A stretch of 28,450 nucleotides of DNA from the IMG/VR virus record IMGVR_UViG_3300032116_001031, positions 1 through 28,450 of that record. The stretch is one strand, 5' to 3'. This document shows positions 15,694 to 23,685 of the stretch, in pieces. The position numbers and the translations under genes are program-made. Every line of letters begins with the position of its first letter. The stretch's first letter is position 1. The notes below the pieces were generated by a model, which saw only the letters and a list, made by a program, of their open reading frames with translations, had not been told where the DNA came from and ran no database searches. Origin of the DNA: a virus (lineage: Duplodnaviria; Caudoviricetes).

Positions 15694-16998
15694 TTATCTG
15701 TTTCGTCCGGTGTTTCTCGTTGCAGTTGCAGTTCGTGCCGCTGCACCATACTTGTAGGCAAGTTCGGATTGTGCCTTTGTACCAATCGTCAGGCTGACCG
15801 GGGCAACGCCATAGCCGCTCGTGTATCCGCCTCCGCCCATCGAGCCTCCTCCGCCAGTTCCAGCGCCAAGCCCGTACACCGTACTGCCCGATGCGGCAGC
15901 CTGTGCCGCAGCCTGCTTCGCCTGCGCCTCTGGCGTGCTGACTTTATTAAGCGCATTGACTACGGCAGTGATGTTGTCAATGAGCCACTTGAGCGCATCA
16001 AAGAATGGCTTGGCAATTGCAAATGCAACCTTGATTGCCTCACCTAGCATCTTGAAGGCAAAGGCAAGTGCACCCTCACCGTCACCCCAGAGTGCGCCGA
16101 TGAGGTCAGTCACCGCGCCGAATACTCCGCCCACCGCGTCAACGACTTCGCCAAAGGCAGGCGCAAGGTCATCAAGCAATGGGCCCACAACCTTGCCGAT
16201 TGAGTCGGCAACTCCGCCCTTGCCAGCGAATGCGTCTGCCACTCCAAAGATGATGTCGCCAAGAGTGTCAAGCGCCGGGGTCACCATCGGCAGAATCTTG
16301 TCGGTCAAGAATCCGAGTGCCTCGTTGACGGCTGGCAGGAACTTCGCGCCGAATGCCTCAAACTTCTCGTTGAGGTCAATCTGCGCTGCCTCAAACTTAC
16401 CAGCGGTGCTGTTCGCAATCTCCTCCGCCACGCCTTGATACTTCTCGTTAGCGGCAGTCAAGATGTCCTGCAACTTCGCGCCCTTCTTGACTTCAATGCC
16501 GAGCGTCTGCAATCCACGAGTGCTTCCCTGCGCGCCCTTGCCGAGTGCCAACATCACGGAGGCGAGTGGCTTGCCCGTAGCGGCAGAGATGTTGGCGGCA
16601 ACTGCGTTTGCCTTGAGCAGCGCATTCTGATTCTTGAAGAATCGGCTGCCCACCTCAAGCCCATCGCGCACCTCATCGTCTGTGATGCCAAGGCGCTGCA
16701 TCGCCTTGATTTGCTCGTCCACCTTTGGCCCGAGTTGGTCCAGGTTGTATCCGCGTGCTTTCAGCGCCGCGTTGAGCCTGATTGTTGCCTTCTCATCCTC
16801 CGCTGCGCTCTTAATAGCCGCGAGCGTGAATCCCGCAATAGCAGTCACGGCTGTTGCCGCAGCCGCCCCAATCGCCTTGAATGCGCTAATAGCGTTTGAC
16901 TTCATTGAGCCAAAGGACTTGCCTACGCCCTTGAGCACCTTGCTTGCGGCATCTTTGGCAACAACCGCAAATACTGCCTGACCATTTGCCGATACCAT
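15694..16998 (-). CDS. Tape measure protein (short, 434 aa)
   Basis: N-terminal AKDAASKVL, Ala/Gly-rich helices with periodic aromatic residues, position in the tail operon. Confidence 0.85.
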   Translation of the reverse strand: MVSANGQAVFAVVAKDAASKVLKGVGKSFGSMKSNAISAFKAIGAAAATAVTAIAGFTLAAIKSAAEDEKATIRLNAALKARGYNLDQLGPKVDEQIKAMQRLGITDDEVRDGLEVGSRFFKNQNALLKANAVAANISAATGKPLASVMLALGKGAQGSTRGLQTLGIEVKKGAKLQDILTAANEKYQGVAEEIANSTAGKFEAAQIDLNEKFEAFGAKFLPAVNEALGFLTDKILPMVTPALDTLGDIIFGVADAFAGKGGVADSIGKVVGPLLDDLAPAFGEVVDAVGGVFGAVTDLIGALWGDGEGALAFAFKMLGEAIKVAFAIAKPFFDALKWLIDNITAVVNALNKVSTPEAQAKQAAAQAAASGSTVYGLGAGTGGGGSMGGGGYTSGYGVAPVSLTIGTKAQSELAYKYGAAARTATATRNTGRNR

Positions 16999-17004
16999 CA
17001 GTGA

Positions 17005-17562
17005 CTACCTCCGCCTGAATCGGGTGAGTTTATGTCTGAACACACTATCATTGAAGTATCTCTCCACCGTGGCATAGAATGCGTCCATCATCTTGGCCCG
17101 GTTTGTAGGATTCTCCGCCGTCTGCGTCACGAATGGGCGCGCCTGCACAGTCGCACTTCCGCCCTTCTGAACCAGCGACTTGCCCGCTGCGACATCCGCC
17201 CAACTGATGCCCTTCACCGCCTTGTTCGTGCCGAGGCGTGTCCGATGCCCAGAGGTCACAAAGTATCTGTACCACGCGCCACGCGGGTCAGCACGATTGC
17301 GCCCAGGGCGTGGGCCCACCGTCGCAGACGGGCGTGAGAATCGCCCAGCCTTGGCGCCGATGGAGCGCTGGAGCCTCCCTGACTTAACGGGCGCTGCTGA
17401 CTTCAGCGGGTTGACGAGAGTCCGAACCGCGTTGAGGGATGCGACTGCAAGCAGTTTGTTGTAGGCGCGTGGGTTGGAACCCTCAATGAATCCCAACTCA
17501 AATGCGCGCATCGAATCCTCTGGCACATACTTGACTTCAACGGTGCCCGGAGTTGATGCCAC
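17005..17562 (-). CDS. HK97 gp10-like tail completion/neck protein
   Basis: APVKSGRLQRSI, WYRYFVTSGH, ARPFV. Confidence 0.75.
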   Translation of the reverse strand: MASTPGTVEVKYVPEDSMRAFELGFIEGSNPRAYNKLLAVASLNAVRTLVNPLKSAAPVKSGRLQRSIGAKAGRFSRPSATVGPRPGRNRADPRGAWYRYFVTSGHRTRLGTNKAVKGISWADVAAGKSLVQKGGSATVQARPFVTQTAENPTNRAKMMDAFYATVERYFNDSVFRHKLTRFRRR

Positions 17563-17753
17563 TATCTGCCTCCTTTGGGTTGCAGGTCAGCCATAAGCAT
17601 AAATGTTCGCTGGAAGTCACCAGCATCCCATTCCATCACTTCGTGTGGTGGAATGCCAAACTCTTTGCCGATAAGGTGCGCCATTATCAGCGGGTGAGGC
17701 GAGATGGAGCGACCTGCCGCCAGCCTCTGTGCGTCAAGCCTCAGCGTGGGGGG
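17562..17753 (-). CDS. Tail assembly chaperone, frameshifted C-terminal extension (gpGT-like)
   Basis: -1 frame ORF overlapping the chaperone end at the C CCC CCA heptamer. IGKEFGIPPHEV motif. Confidence 0.7.
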   Translation of the reverse strand, partial: PPTLRLDAQRLAAGRSISPHPLIMAHLIGKEFGIPPHEVMEWDAGDFQRTFMLMADLQPKGGR

Positions 17754-18031
17754 AGTGCTGCCACTGCCTCCGACCACTTGCTGATGGCATCGCTCAGCGC
17801 GTCCATCGGTGCGTCCAACACCGAGGCTGCTGGTGCGCCGCTCTCGTCCAGGAAGTTGTGCTTGACGATGAGGCGCTCAACCGCTGCGAGTGAGCGCTCA
17901 ACGCTGCCGCTCTGGAGTTCAATAAACACACGCGCTGGAATGCCGTCTGCCTTCATCGTTGCTGTCCAACCCTCGTATGGGCTGGACAGCACGATGTCGA
18001 CTGTACGCGCTTGTACTTTTGCCTGACTCAT
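17741..18031 (-). CDS. Tail assembly chaperone (gpG-like)
   Basis: Directly after the tail tube gene. GAGGAGG RBS. Confidence 0.75.
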   Translation of the reverse strand: MSQAKVQARTVDIVLSSPYEGWTATMKADGIPARVFIELQSGSVERSLAAVERLIVKHNFLDESGAPAASVLDAPMDALSDAISKWSEAVAALPPR

Positions 18032-18058
18032 CTTGCCTCCTCTGCTATTGCTTCAGAC

Positions 18059-19066
18059 TTACGGCAACGCCGCCAAGTCGCTGTTCACCAAGATGCGCAA
18101 TGACTTCGCCGTGACCGGGTCATACACGAGTGTGCCAGTGACGGCCATCGTGGTGAGCCCATCCTCAGCGCCAGCCATCTGCTGTACTTCAGTTGGCACA
18201 ATCATCGCCATAATGTGCGCGCTGTATGTGCCGTTGCTCCAGGAGAGTCGCACGCCTCGTGGCGTCGCTGCCTGGTATGCGTCATACCACGAACTGACTG
18301 CCGAGGAGGTGCTGCTCACCGTCATCGTCAGGCTGCCCGTGAATGGGCCGCTCTCCGCGTGTGTGCTGAAACTTGTCGTGCCAGCCAAGTATGACTGGCG
18401 CAGGATACCTGCATTGAACTCCAGGCTGAAGTCAAGCAGATACTCATATGCCGTGCCGTCAGCAGTTCCTGGGAATGCCGTGCCGTGCTGGTAAGCATTC
18501 CACAAGCGCCCAGCCATAAATGGGCTGGTTGGCGTGCCCTCTGCGAGCGTCGCGCTGTTCTTTGCAATCGTCTGCGCGAACAGGTTTGCGCTCAGGTTCG
18601 TGAGCCCGCTGCGGTCTGCCGCAATCGTGATGGACTCCGCCAAGCAATAGTTGGCAACATACTGCTGTACGCCATCCGTGGCAACAAGGCTGTATGAAGT
18701 CGGGTTGTTTGCCGCCGTCATCGAGTAGTCATAGTCCCACTCGTATGGCGCAGCCGTACCAGCCACGGTGTCAGTCTTTGTCATTGACAACCAGATTGGC
18801 AACTCACCTACGCTGATGGCTGGAACTGTTGCGCTGAGCGTTGGCTCAACGCTGACGATAGTTCCCGTTGTTGCGATGAGTGGATTGCGGAGCGCCACGC
18901 TGCGCTCTGCTCCCAACTCAATCGTCGTGCCGTTGGTGATGACTCCTGTAGGGGTCACCAGCATCTTGCGCCCACCGCTTGTTAGGGTTGGCGTAGTGCC
19001 TGGGGTGGCCTCCTTGAATGCCACCAGTTTGCTGAACAAAACATTGCCTGCGCTGGCTGCTGGCAT
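18059..19066 (-). CDS. Major tail tube protein
   Basis: KEATPGT N-terminal motif, Thr/Ser-rich beta protein, position before the chaperones. Confidence 0.8.
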   Translation of the reverse strand: MPAASAGNVLFSKLVAFKEATPGTTPTLTSGGRKMLVTPTGVITNGTTIELGAERSVALRNPLIATTGTIVSVEPTLSATVPAISVGELPIWLSMTKTDTVAGTAAPYEWDYDYSMTAANNPTSYSLVATDGVQQYVANYCLAESITIAADRSGLTNLSANLFAQTIAKNSATLAEGTPTSPFMAGRLWNAYQHGTAFPGTADGTAYEYLLDFSLEFNAGILRQSYLAGTTSFSTHAESGPFTGSLTMTVSSTSSAVSSWYDAYQAATPRGVRLSWSNGTYSAHIMAMIVPTEVQQMAGAEDGLTTMAVTGTLVYDPVTAKSLRILVNSDLAALP

Positions 19067-19290
19067 CAGTCATTCTCCTTGTCATCTGCTTGCGCCGCTG
19101 GTGCGGCATTGTTTACCCGCTCTGCAATCCCTGAGGCAATCCACGCTTCTGCTAGGACTGCTGGTGCGTTGATGATACTCCCATCAGTTGGGAGCCCACC
19201 CACGAACTCGCCCGCTGGCAGGGAGCCCGGAACATACCTGACTGCAATACGGCTGACGATGTTGTAGTTGACTTGCTTACGCGCTGGCAT
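19066..19290 (-). CDS. Small virion-associated hypothetical protein
   Basis: GGAGG RBS. Coupled to its neighbours. Confidence 0.6.
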   Translation of the reverse strand: MPARKQVNYNIVSRIAVRYVPGSLPAGEFVGGLPTDGSIINAPAVLAEAWIASGIAERVNNAAPAAQADDKEND

Positions 19291-19720
19291 TAATAGCCTC
19301 CACTGATGACACTTGAATCTCTGCGCTGATAGTCAGGTACTCCTGGTCAGCCCAAACATCTGTTCCGATTGTAGTGCTAACAACGCTTGCCTGCGCAACC
19401 GCGTCCGTGCCGTTAAGGGTCACCCCGTCAATCAACGAGTCCCGCAACCAAGTCCGCCACGCCATCAAGTCCTGATACTTGCGCGCCAGGTCAGCCTGTG
19501 GCTGGATGTAAATGGTTGCCGTGAGGGTCAGCGTGACTTGTCGATTGGCTGCGCCGTAGGCAACCGCATCACCCGCTGGAATAATCACGCACGCTGGCAC
19601 GACTGGGAGGTTGTCGGGAGGATAGGCGTGCACCGCGCGCAGGGCGTATCCGCTTGGAGAACTCTTTGCGAGGAGGTGGGCCGCTAGTCCAGAGATGATG
19701 GTGGCGTCGTTGAAACTCAT
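19277..19720 (-). CDS. Tail terminator / minor neck protein
   Basis: YPPDNLPVVPACVI...TLNG pattern. Position after the connector. Confidence 0.65.
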   Translation of the reverse strand: MSFNDATIISGLAAHLLAKSSPSGYALRAVHAYPPDNLPVVPACVIIPAGDAVAYGAANRQVTLTLTATIYIQPQADLARKYQDLMAWRTWLRDSLIDGVTLNGTDAVAQASVVSTTIGTDVWADQEYLTISAEIQVSSVEAINASA

Positions 19721-20325
19721 CGCGCCAAGCCTTCACGCTTACGATACTGCTCAAGCAGAACCTGCGCCTCTGGATGTAGCGCTCGCGTCTGGCGGAGGAT
19801 GCCGCCCAAGTCTTGCGAGCCGATAACACCAAACGGTGAGGTGCGCGATGACCAGACTGCGCCAGCCTGAATGATTGCCGCTTGCTTAACTGCGGTTGGA
19901 ACTGCTGGCCATCCGAATACGCCAACAACCTTCACGCCCAGATACACGCCCGCAGGGAATGCGCGCGGAGCAGCAGTGCTCGTGTCAATCTCGGTGTACG
20001 GCCAGCCATCGAGTGCCGCGTTGCGAGGAGCCAGGACGAAGTCCGTGCCCGCTGTCCAGGTTGTTTCATACACGCCGTCTGCGTTGTCATCTGTCTGAAG
20101 TGTCGTGACGCTCACGAGGTCATCGGTGAGGACATACGACCACTCACTTGCCGTGTAGTAGCGCGTTTCAGTCGCAGTTCCAAACCCCTGCCTCCGGTCT
20201 GTGTAGTTGTCAATCAGCGCATCGGTTGCGTCCAGGACGGATTGCAGCGCCGTATCGTCAGTGGTGTCGGCAGTGCCAATCCCGATGGCACTCTTGAACT
20301 CGGCAAGCGTTGCGTATGACATCAA
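19717..20325 (-). CDS. Head-tail connector (gp6/gp15-like adaptor)
   Basis: YATLAEFKSAIG...IDNYTDR and GWPAVPTAVKQAAIIQA. Confidence 0.85.
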   Translation of the reverse strand: MMSYATLAEFKSAIGIGTADTTDDTALQSVLDATDALIDNYTDRRQGFGTATETRYYTASEWSYVLTDDLVSVTTLQTDDNADGVYETTWTAGTDFVLAPRNAALDGWPYTEIDTSTAAPRAFPAGVYLGVKVVGVFGWPAVPTAVKQAAIIQAGAVWSSRTSPFGVIGSQDLGGILRQTRALHPEAQVLLEQYRKREGLAR

Positions 20326-20609
20326 ATGCCTCCAGTTTGTAGGACATAGACTTTTTGCAGTGACCCGTCAGATGATACCCCATACACCTTCGCACCTTCA
20401 GGCAGATACATCTGAAACTCGTCACCCTTCGTCAGCAAGAATCCGTTGGCTGCGGTCACATCGTTGTTGCCAACGAGGACATCCTTGCTGTTGCTGCCGT
20501 CTGCGTGAATGTGTAGTTGCGAGCCTCCGCCGTTGCCCACCCCTAGCAGTACGGGCGTGCCGTCAACCTGGAACTGAGCGCTGCGGATGCGCCCACCCAC
20601 TTCAGTCAT
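20322..20609 (-). CDS. Small beta-sandwich virion protein (possible decoration protein)
   Basis: All-beta pattern VLVGNNDVTAANGFLL...VYGVS. Lies between the capsid and connector genes. Confidence 0.55.
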   Translation of the reverse strand: MTEVGGRIRSAQFQVDGTPVLLGVGNGGGSQLHIHADGSNSKDVLVGNNDVTAANGFLLTKGDEFQMYLPEGAKVYGVSSDGSLQKVYVLQTGGI

Positions 20610-20856
20610 TCTTGCCTCCTGGAGCCCCGCTGAGGCGCGTCCTGATGACGGTGGCTATCTCTATGCCCTCTGACCATTCTCGTGGCTCTCCGTTGCTCTG
20701 AGGGGCAAATGCGGAGGATTCTGGAAGCGCCTGCGCCAGCCCGTGGGCAAGGAGCGCTTGGGCCTCCTCCTCTGGCAAGTCGATGACGCCACCCCGAGGT
20801 GGCCAGCGCTTGCCGTCACGGCTGCCCGCAATGTGCTGCAACATTCTCACCAACAT
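20602..20856 (-). CDS. Small post-capsid hypothetical protein
   Basis: Start MLVRML at 20856 after CAGGAGG. Confidence 0.65.
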   Translation of the reverse strand: MLVRMLQHIAGSRDGKRWPPRGGVIDLPEEEAQALLAHGLAQALPESSAFAPQSNGEPREWSEGIEIATVIRTRLSGAPGGKND

Positions 20857-20873
20857 CTTGCCTCCTGAATAGT

Positions 20874-20906
20874 GCAGGGAGGCTGAGCCCAGCCCAGCCT
20901 CCCTGC
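20874..20906 (-). terminator. Hairpin attenuator/terminator after the major capsid gene
   Basis: GCAGGGAGGCTG / CAGCCTCCCTGC 12-bp stem with a weak U-tract. Confidence 0.7.
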
Positions 20907-20928
20907 GTGTCAACTAACTCTTTATGAG

Positions 20929-22086
20929 TTAGGCAACATTGGCGGACTTGAATGACTTGACTGCGCTTGCCTGGGCAAGACCAGTCGCGCCACGGACTTC
21001 CACCTTGTACGAAACAAGACCCGTGTTCCACGCAAACTCGCGTGAAACATCAACTCGCACGCCGCCAACAAGCGCCGTGTAGATTTGCCCGAGGTCACCG
21101 AACAGGATTGAACCTGCGGTGTCATCGGTGAGGTCAATAAGCGCTGCGGAATACACTGGCGCTCCGAGGAGTCGGTCAGGGTTGTTCGCATCGCCTGCGC
21201 GGAAGATTGGCTGACCCGTTGTATCAACGAGCCCGGTCACGACACCAAGCGTGGTGTCATTCATCAACCAACCAGCCTTTGGCGCTCGTCGGTACACCTG
21301 GTTTACAGATGCCTTCAACTTCGCAAGGTCGGTGTAGTTTGGATTGACCGTGGTGCCCGAGCCCGTCACGCCAGCACCTGCGGCAGCGGCAATCGCCGTA
21401 CCAGCAAACGCACCGTGCGCAACTGCAACTTCTGCACCGCACTTGTCGGCAATCATCCCAGCCAGGTCAAACACCGCATCCTCAACAAGTTCCTCAGAAA
21501 CCTGAATGATGGTTGCGTACTTGACTGGTGTGAGGGACAGCGCGCTGAGCGTGCCGTCGGACTCGGTGATGGTGCCAGCCTCAGCAACGCTACCTGCGGT
21601 GCCGAGAGCAGTGACTCGTGGGAACTGGATGTTGTTGCCGTTGGCAACACGCACCACAGTGATAATCCCTGGGTCAAGGAATGGGTTGAACTGAGCCGCA
21701 ACAACATTCACGCGGTCAGCAATCGTGACCGGGTTGCCGAGTCCTGTGGACTTGGTGACATCGCGGAACTCAAACATCTTGCTGCCGCCGTTGCGCCCGA
21801 GAGCGCGCAGTTCAGCAACTTCATCGCTGTCTGACTTCTCAACCTTTGGAGCGATGACGGCAGCGAACTCTGCGCGCGCCGCATCAGCAGCGCTGCGAGC
21901 CTCAGCAGCATCCTTCTCCGAGCGAATGGCGGCAGCAATCGTGCTGGCCTCATTCGTGAGAGCCTCAAAGCGCACCTGCGCTTCGCCCTCAAGTGCGGCA
22001 CCCTTCTCTGCGAGGTCAGCAACAATGCTGGTTGCCTCGGTGAGGAGTGATGCACGCTTTTCGTGCAACTTCTTTACATCAGCCAC
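20929..22086 (-). CDS. Major capsid protein, HK97 fold with N-terminal delta (scaffold) domain
   Basis: Coiled-coil N-terminus, VAEAGTI, VSEELVED, WLMN, RLLGAPV, ILFGDL. Confidence 0.95.
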   Translation of the reverse strand: MADVKKLHEKRASLLTEATSIVADLAEKGAALEGEAQVRFEALTNEASTIAAAIRSEKDAAEARSAADAARAEFAAVIAPKVEKSDSDEVAELRALGRNGGSKMFEFRDVTKSTGLGNPVTIADRVNVVAAQFNPFLDPGIITVVRVANGNNIQFPRVTALGTAGSVAEAGTITESDGTLSALSLTPVKYATIIQVSEELVEDAVFDLAGMIADKCGAEVAVAHGAFAGTAIAAAAGAGVTGSGTTVNPNYTDLAKLKASVNQVYRRAPKAGWLMNDTTLGVVTGLVDTTGQPIFRAGDANNPDRLLGAPVYSAALIDLTDDTAGSILFGDLGQIYTALVGGVRVDVSREFAWNTGLVSYKVEVRGATGLAQASAVKSFKSANVA

Positions 22087-22188
22087 TTTGGGCCTCCTTG
22101 TCTACTCTTGTTTGTTTCTGCTCAACCCAGGTGGGATGGCTGCTGCGCGGGCTCACTCGATGGTGGCGGGGCGCTGCCTCGTGACCCT

Positions 22189-23685
22189 TCAGAGCGTTTC
22201 AGTGGTCAGTTGCTCAAGCACCAACTTCGCCTTGGCAACGCTGGGGTCAATCCCAGCACGCTTTGGCGCGAGTGTTTCGCGCACCTGGTCCACTACCTGG
22301 AGTTCATCCTCGGACAACTCTTTGGCTGCCTTGATGGACTCCAGCGTTGACATTAGGCGCTCAGCGTCAACGCCAATCTTGTCGGCGGACAACTTGCGCA
22401 CAGCGGTGAGCCCTAGCGTCGCAGGGTAGGCAGGAGTCTGCCCAGCGCTCAGCACGCTCACCTCAAAGAGATTCACTTCACGAATGGTGCGCTGGTCACC
22501 AGCCCACTCATCGCCATTCTTTGGCACAGCAAACCCAAATGACATTCCCATTGCCGCAGCCTCGTGCGTCAACTTGCTGATGACGCTTGCAGCGTCCGGG
22601 TCAGCGGGGTCAAGTTTCGCCTCTACGCGGAGCCCGCGCTCATCCTCTTGCAAGGAGAGCCGCCCGCTGGCAGTCGTTGCCAGGGCGCGTGATTCGTCGT
22701 GCCCGAACAGGAATGAGATGACCTTGTTGCCAGCGACTGCTCGGCTGAGCGTGCGCTTGAATGCGCCAGGAGCGATGACCTCGGTGAATGGGAGACCAGC
22801 AGACGGCTGGTTAAACAGCGCCGCGTATCCCGTGAATGTCTTTTGTCCAGACTCATCCTCAGTCACGCTGAAGTCACCCATTGGCAGTGCGCGTGTTTCC
22901 AACTCTTTCACATCAAACCTCTCTGCTGTGGCATTGATAATGCCGTCTGCCCATCGTACAACGCGGTCAGCGCTCTGCCCATCAGTTGGGTCCACGCCCC
23001 ACAGGTATGCGGCCACCGCGCCCGGTCCAGGGAAGTCCTCGTTGTCAGGGTCGCTGTTGCGTGGCACATTCTCCCAATCGATGCGGTGGCGGAGAATCCA
23101 GGCGCGCATTCGCATCACCTTCTCATCCTCAACCTTGCCTGCACGAAGTTGTCGCGCCTCCTCCACGGTCGCAGGCTTGAGCCCGTCACCGCTGAGTCCA
23201 GCCTCGTGATACTGCAAGCCACGAGCAGCGGCATCCTGGATGTACTGCGGAACATCCACGAGCACGCGCATCTCGTCATCTGTTTCGTCATCGGCAGTTA
23301 GTTCCATCGCCTCGTCTGGCGTGTATGCCTTAATGCCCATACCCTCTGCCGTGGCTCGTGCGTCAGCGTCGTTGTCGACAAGGAACTCCAACTCATCGCC
23401 ATACTCCTCTTGCAACTTGCTGTACTTGTACCCCTTGAATGCTTCCGCAACCGCAGGGCTGCTCTGCTCGTTGAAGTCCTGCAAGTGAATCTCCGAGAAT
23501 GGCACGCTGTTGTCGCGCAGCCACTTCTCTGTTTCGTCAAGCCTGCGGATTGGTCGTGCGCTTACAACGATGACCTCGTCACCGCTATCTTGCACATAGG
23601 ACTTCAGCCAATCGATGTATGGCTGGTTTGGCGTATCGCCGCTTGTTGTGAGCGTGCCGTCAATGTCAGTGATGATGTACGACAT
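22189..23685 (-). CDS. HAD phosphatase + unknown domain + HK97-family prohead protease fusion
   Basis: N-terminal DIDGT, VVSAR, K and VDND HAD motifs. C-terminal FTGYAALF, FTEVIAPGAF, GHD, MSFGF, EVSV, PAY. Confidence 0.9.
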   Translation of the reverse strand: MSYIITDIDGTLTTSGDTPNQPYIDWLKSYVQDSGDEVIVVSARPIRRLDETEKWLRDNSVPFSEIHLQDFNEQSSPAVAEAFKGYKYSKLQEEYGDELEFLVDNDADARATAEGMGIKAYTPDEAMELTADDETDDEMRVLVDVPQYIQDAAARGLQYHEAGLSGDGLKPATVEEARQLRAGKVEDEKVMRMRAWILRHRIDWENVPRNSDPDNEDFPGPGAVAAYLWGVDPTDGQSADRVVRWADGIINATAERFDVKELETRALPMGDFSVTEDESGQKTFTGYAALFNQPSAGLPFTEVIAPGAFKRTLSRAVAGNKVISFLFGHDESRALATTASGRLSLQEDERGLRVEAKLDPADPDAASVISKLTHEAAAMGMSFGFAVPKNGDEWAGDQRTIREVNLFEVSVLSAGQTPAYPATLGLTAVRKLSADKIGVDAERLMSTLESIKAAKELSEDELQVVDQVRETLAPKRAGIDPSVAKAKLVLEQLTTETL

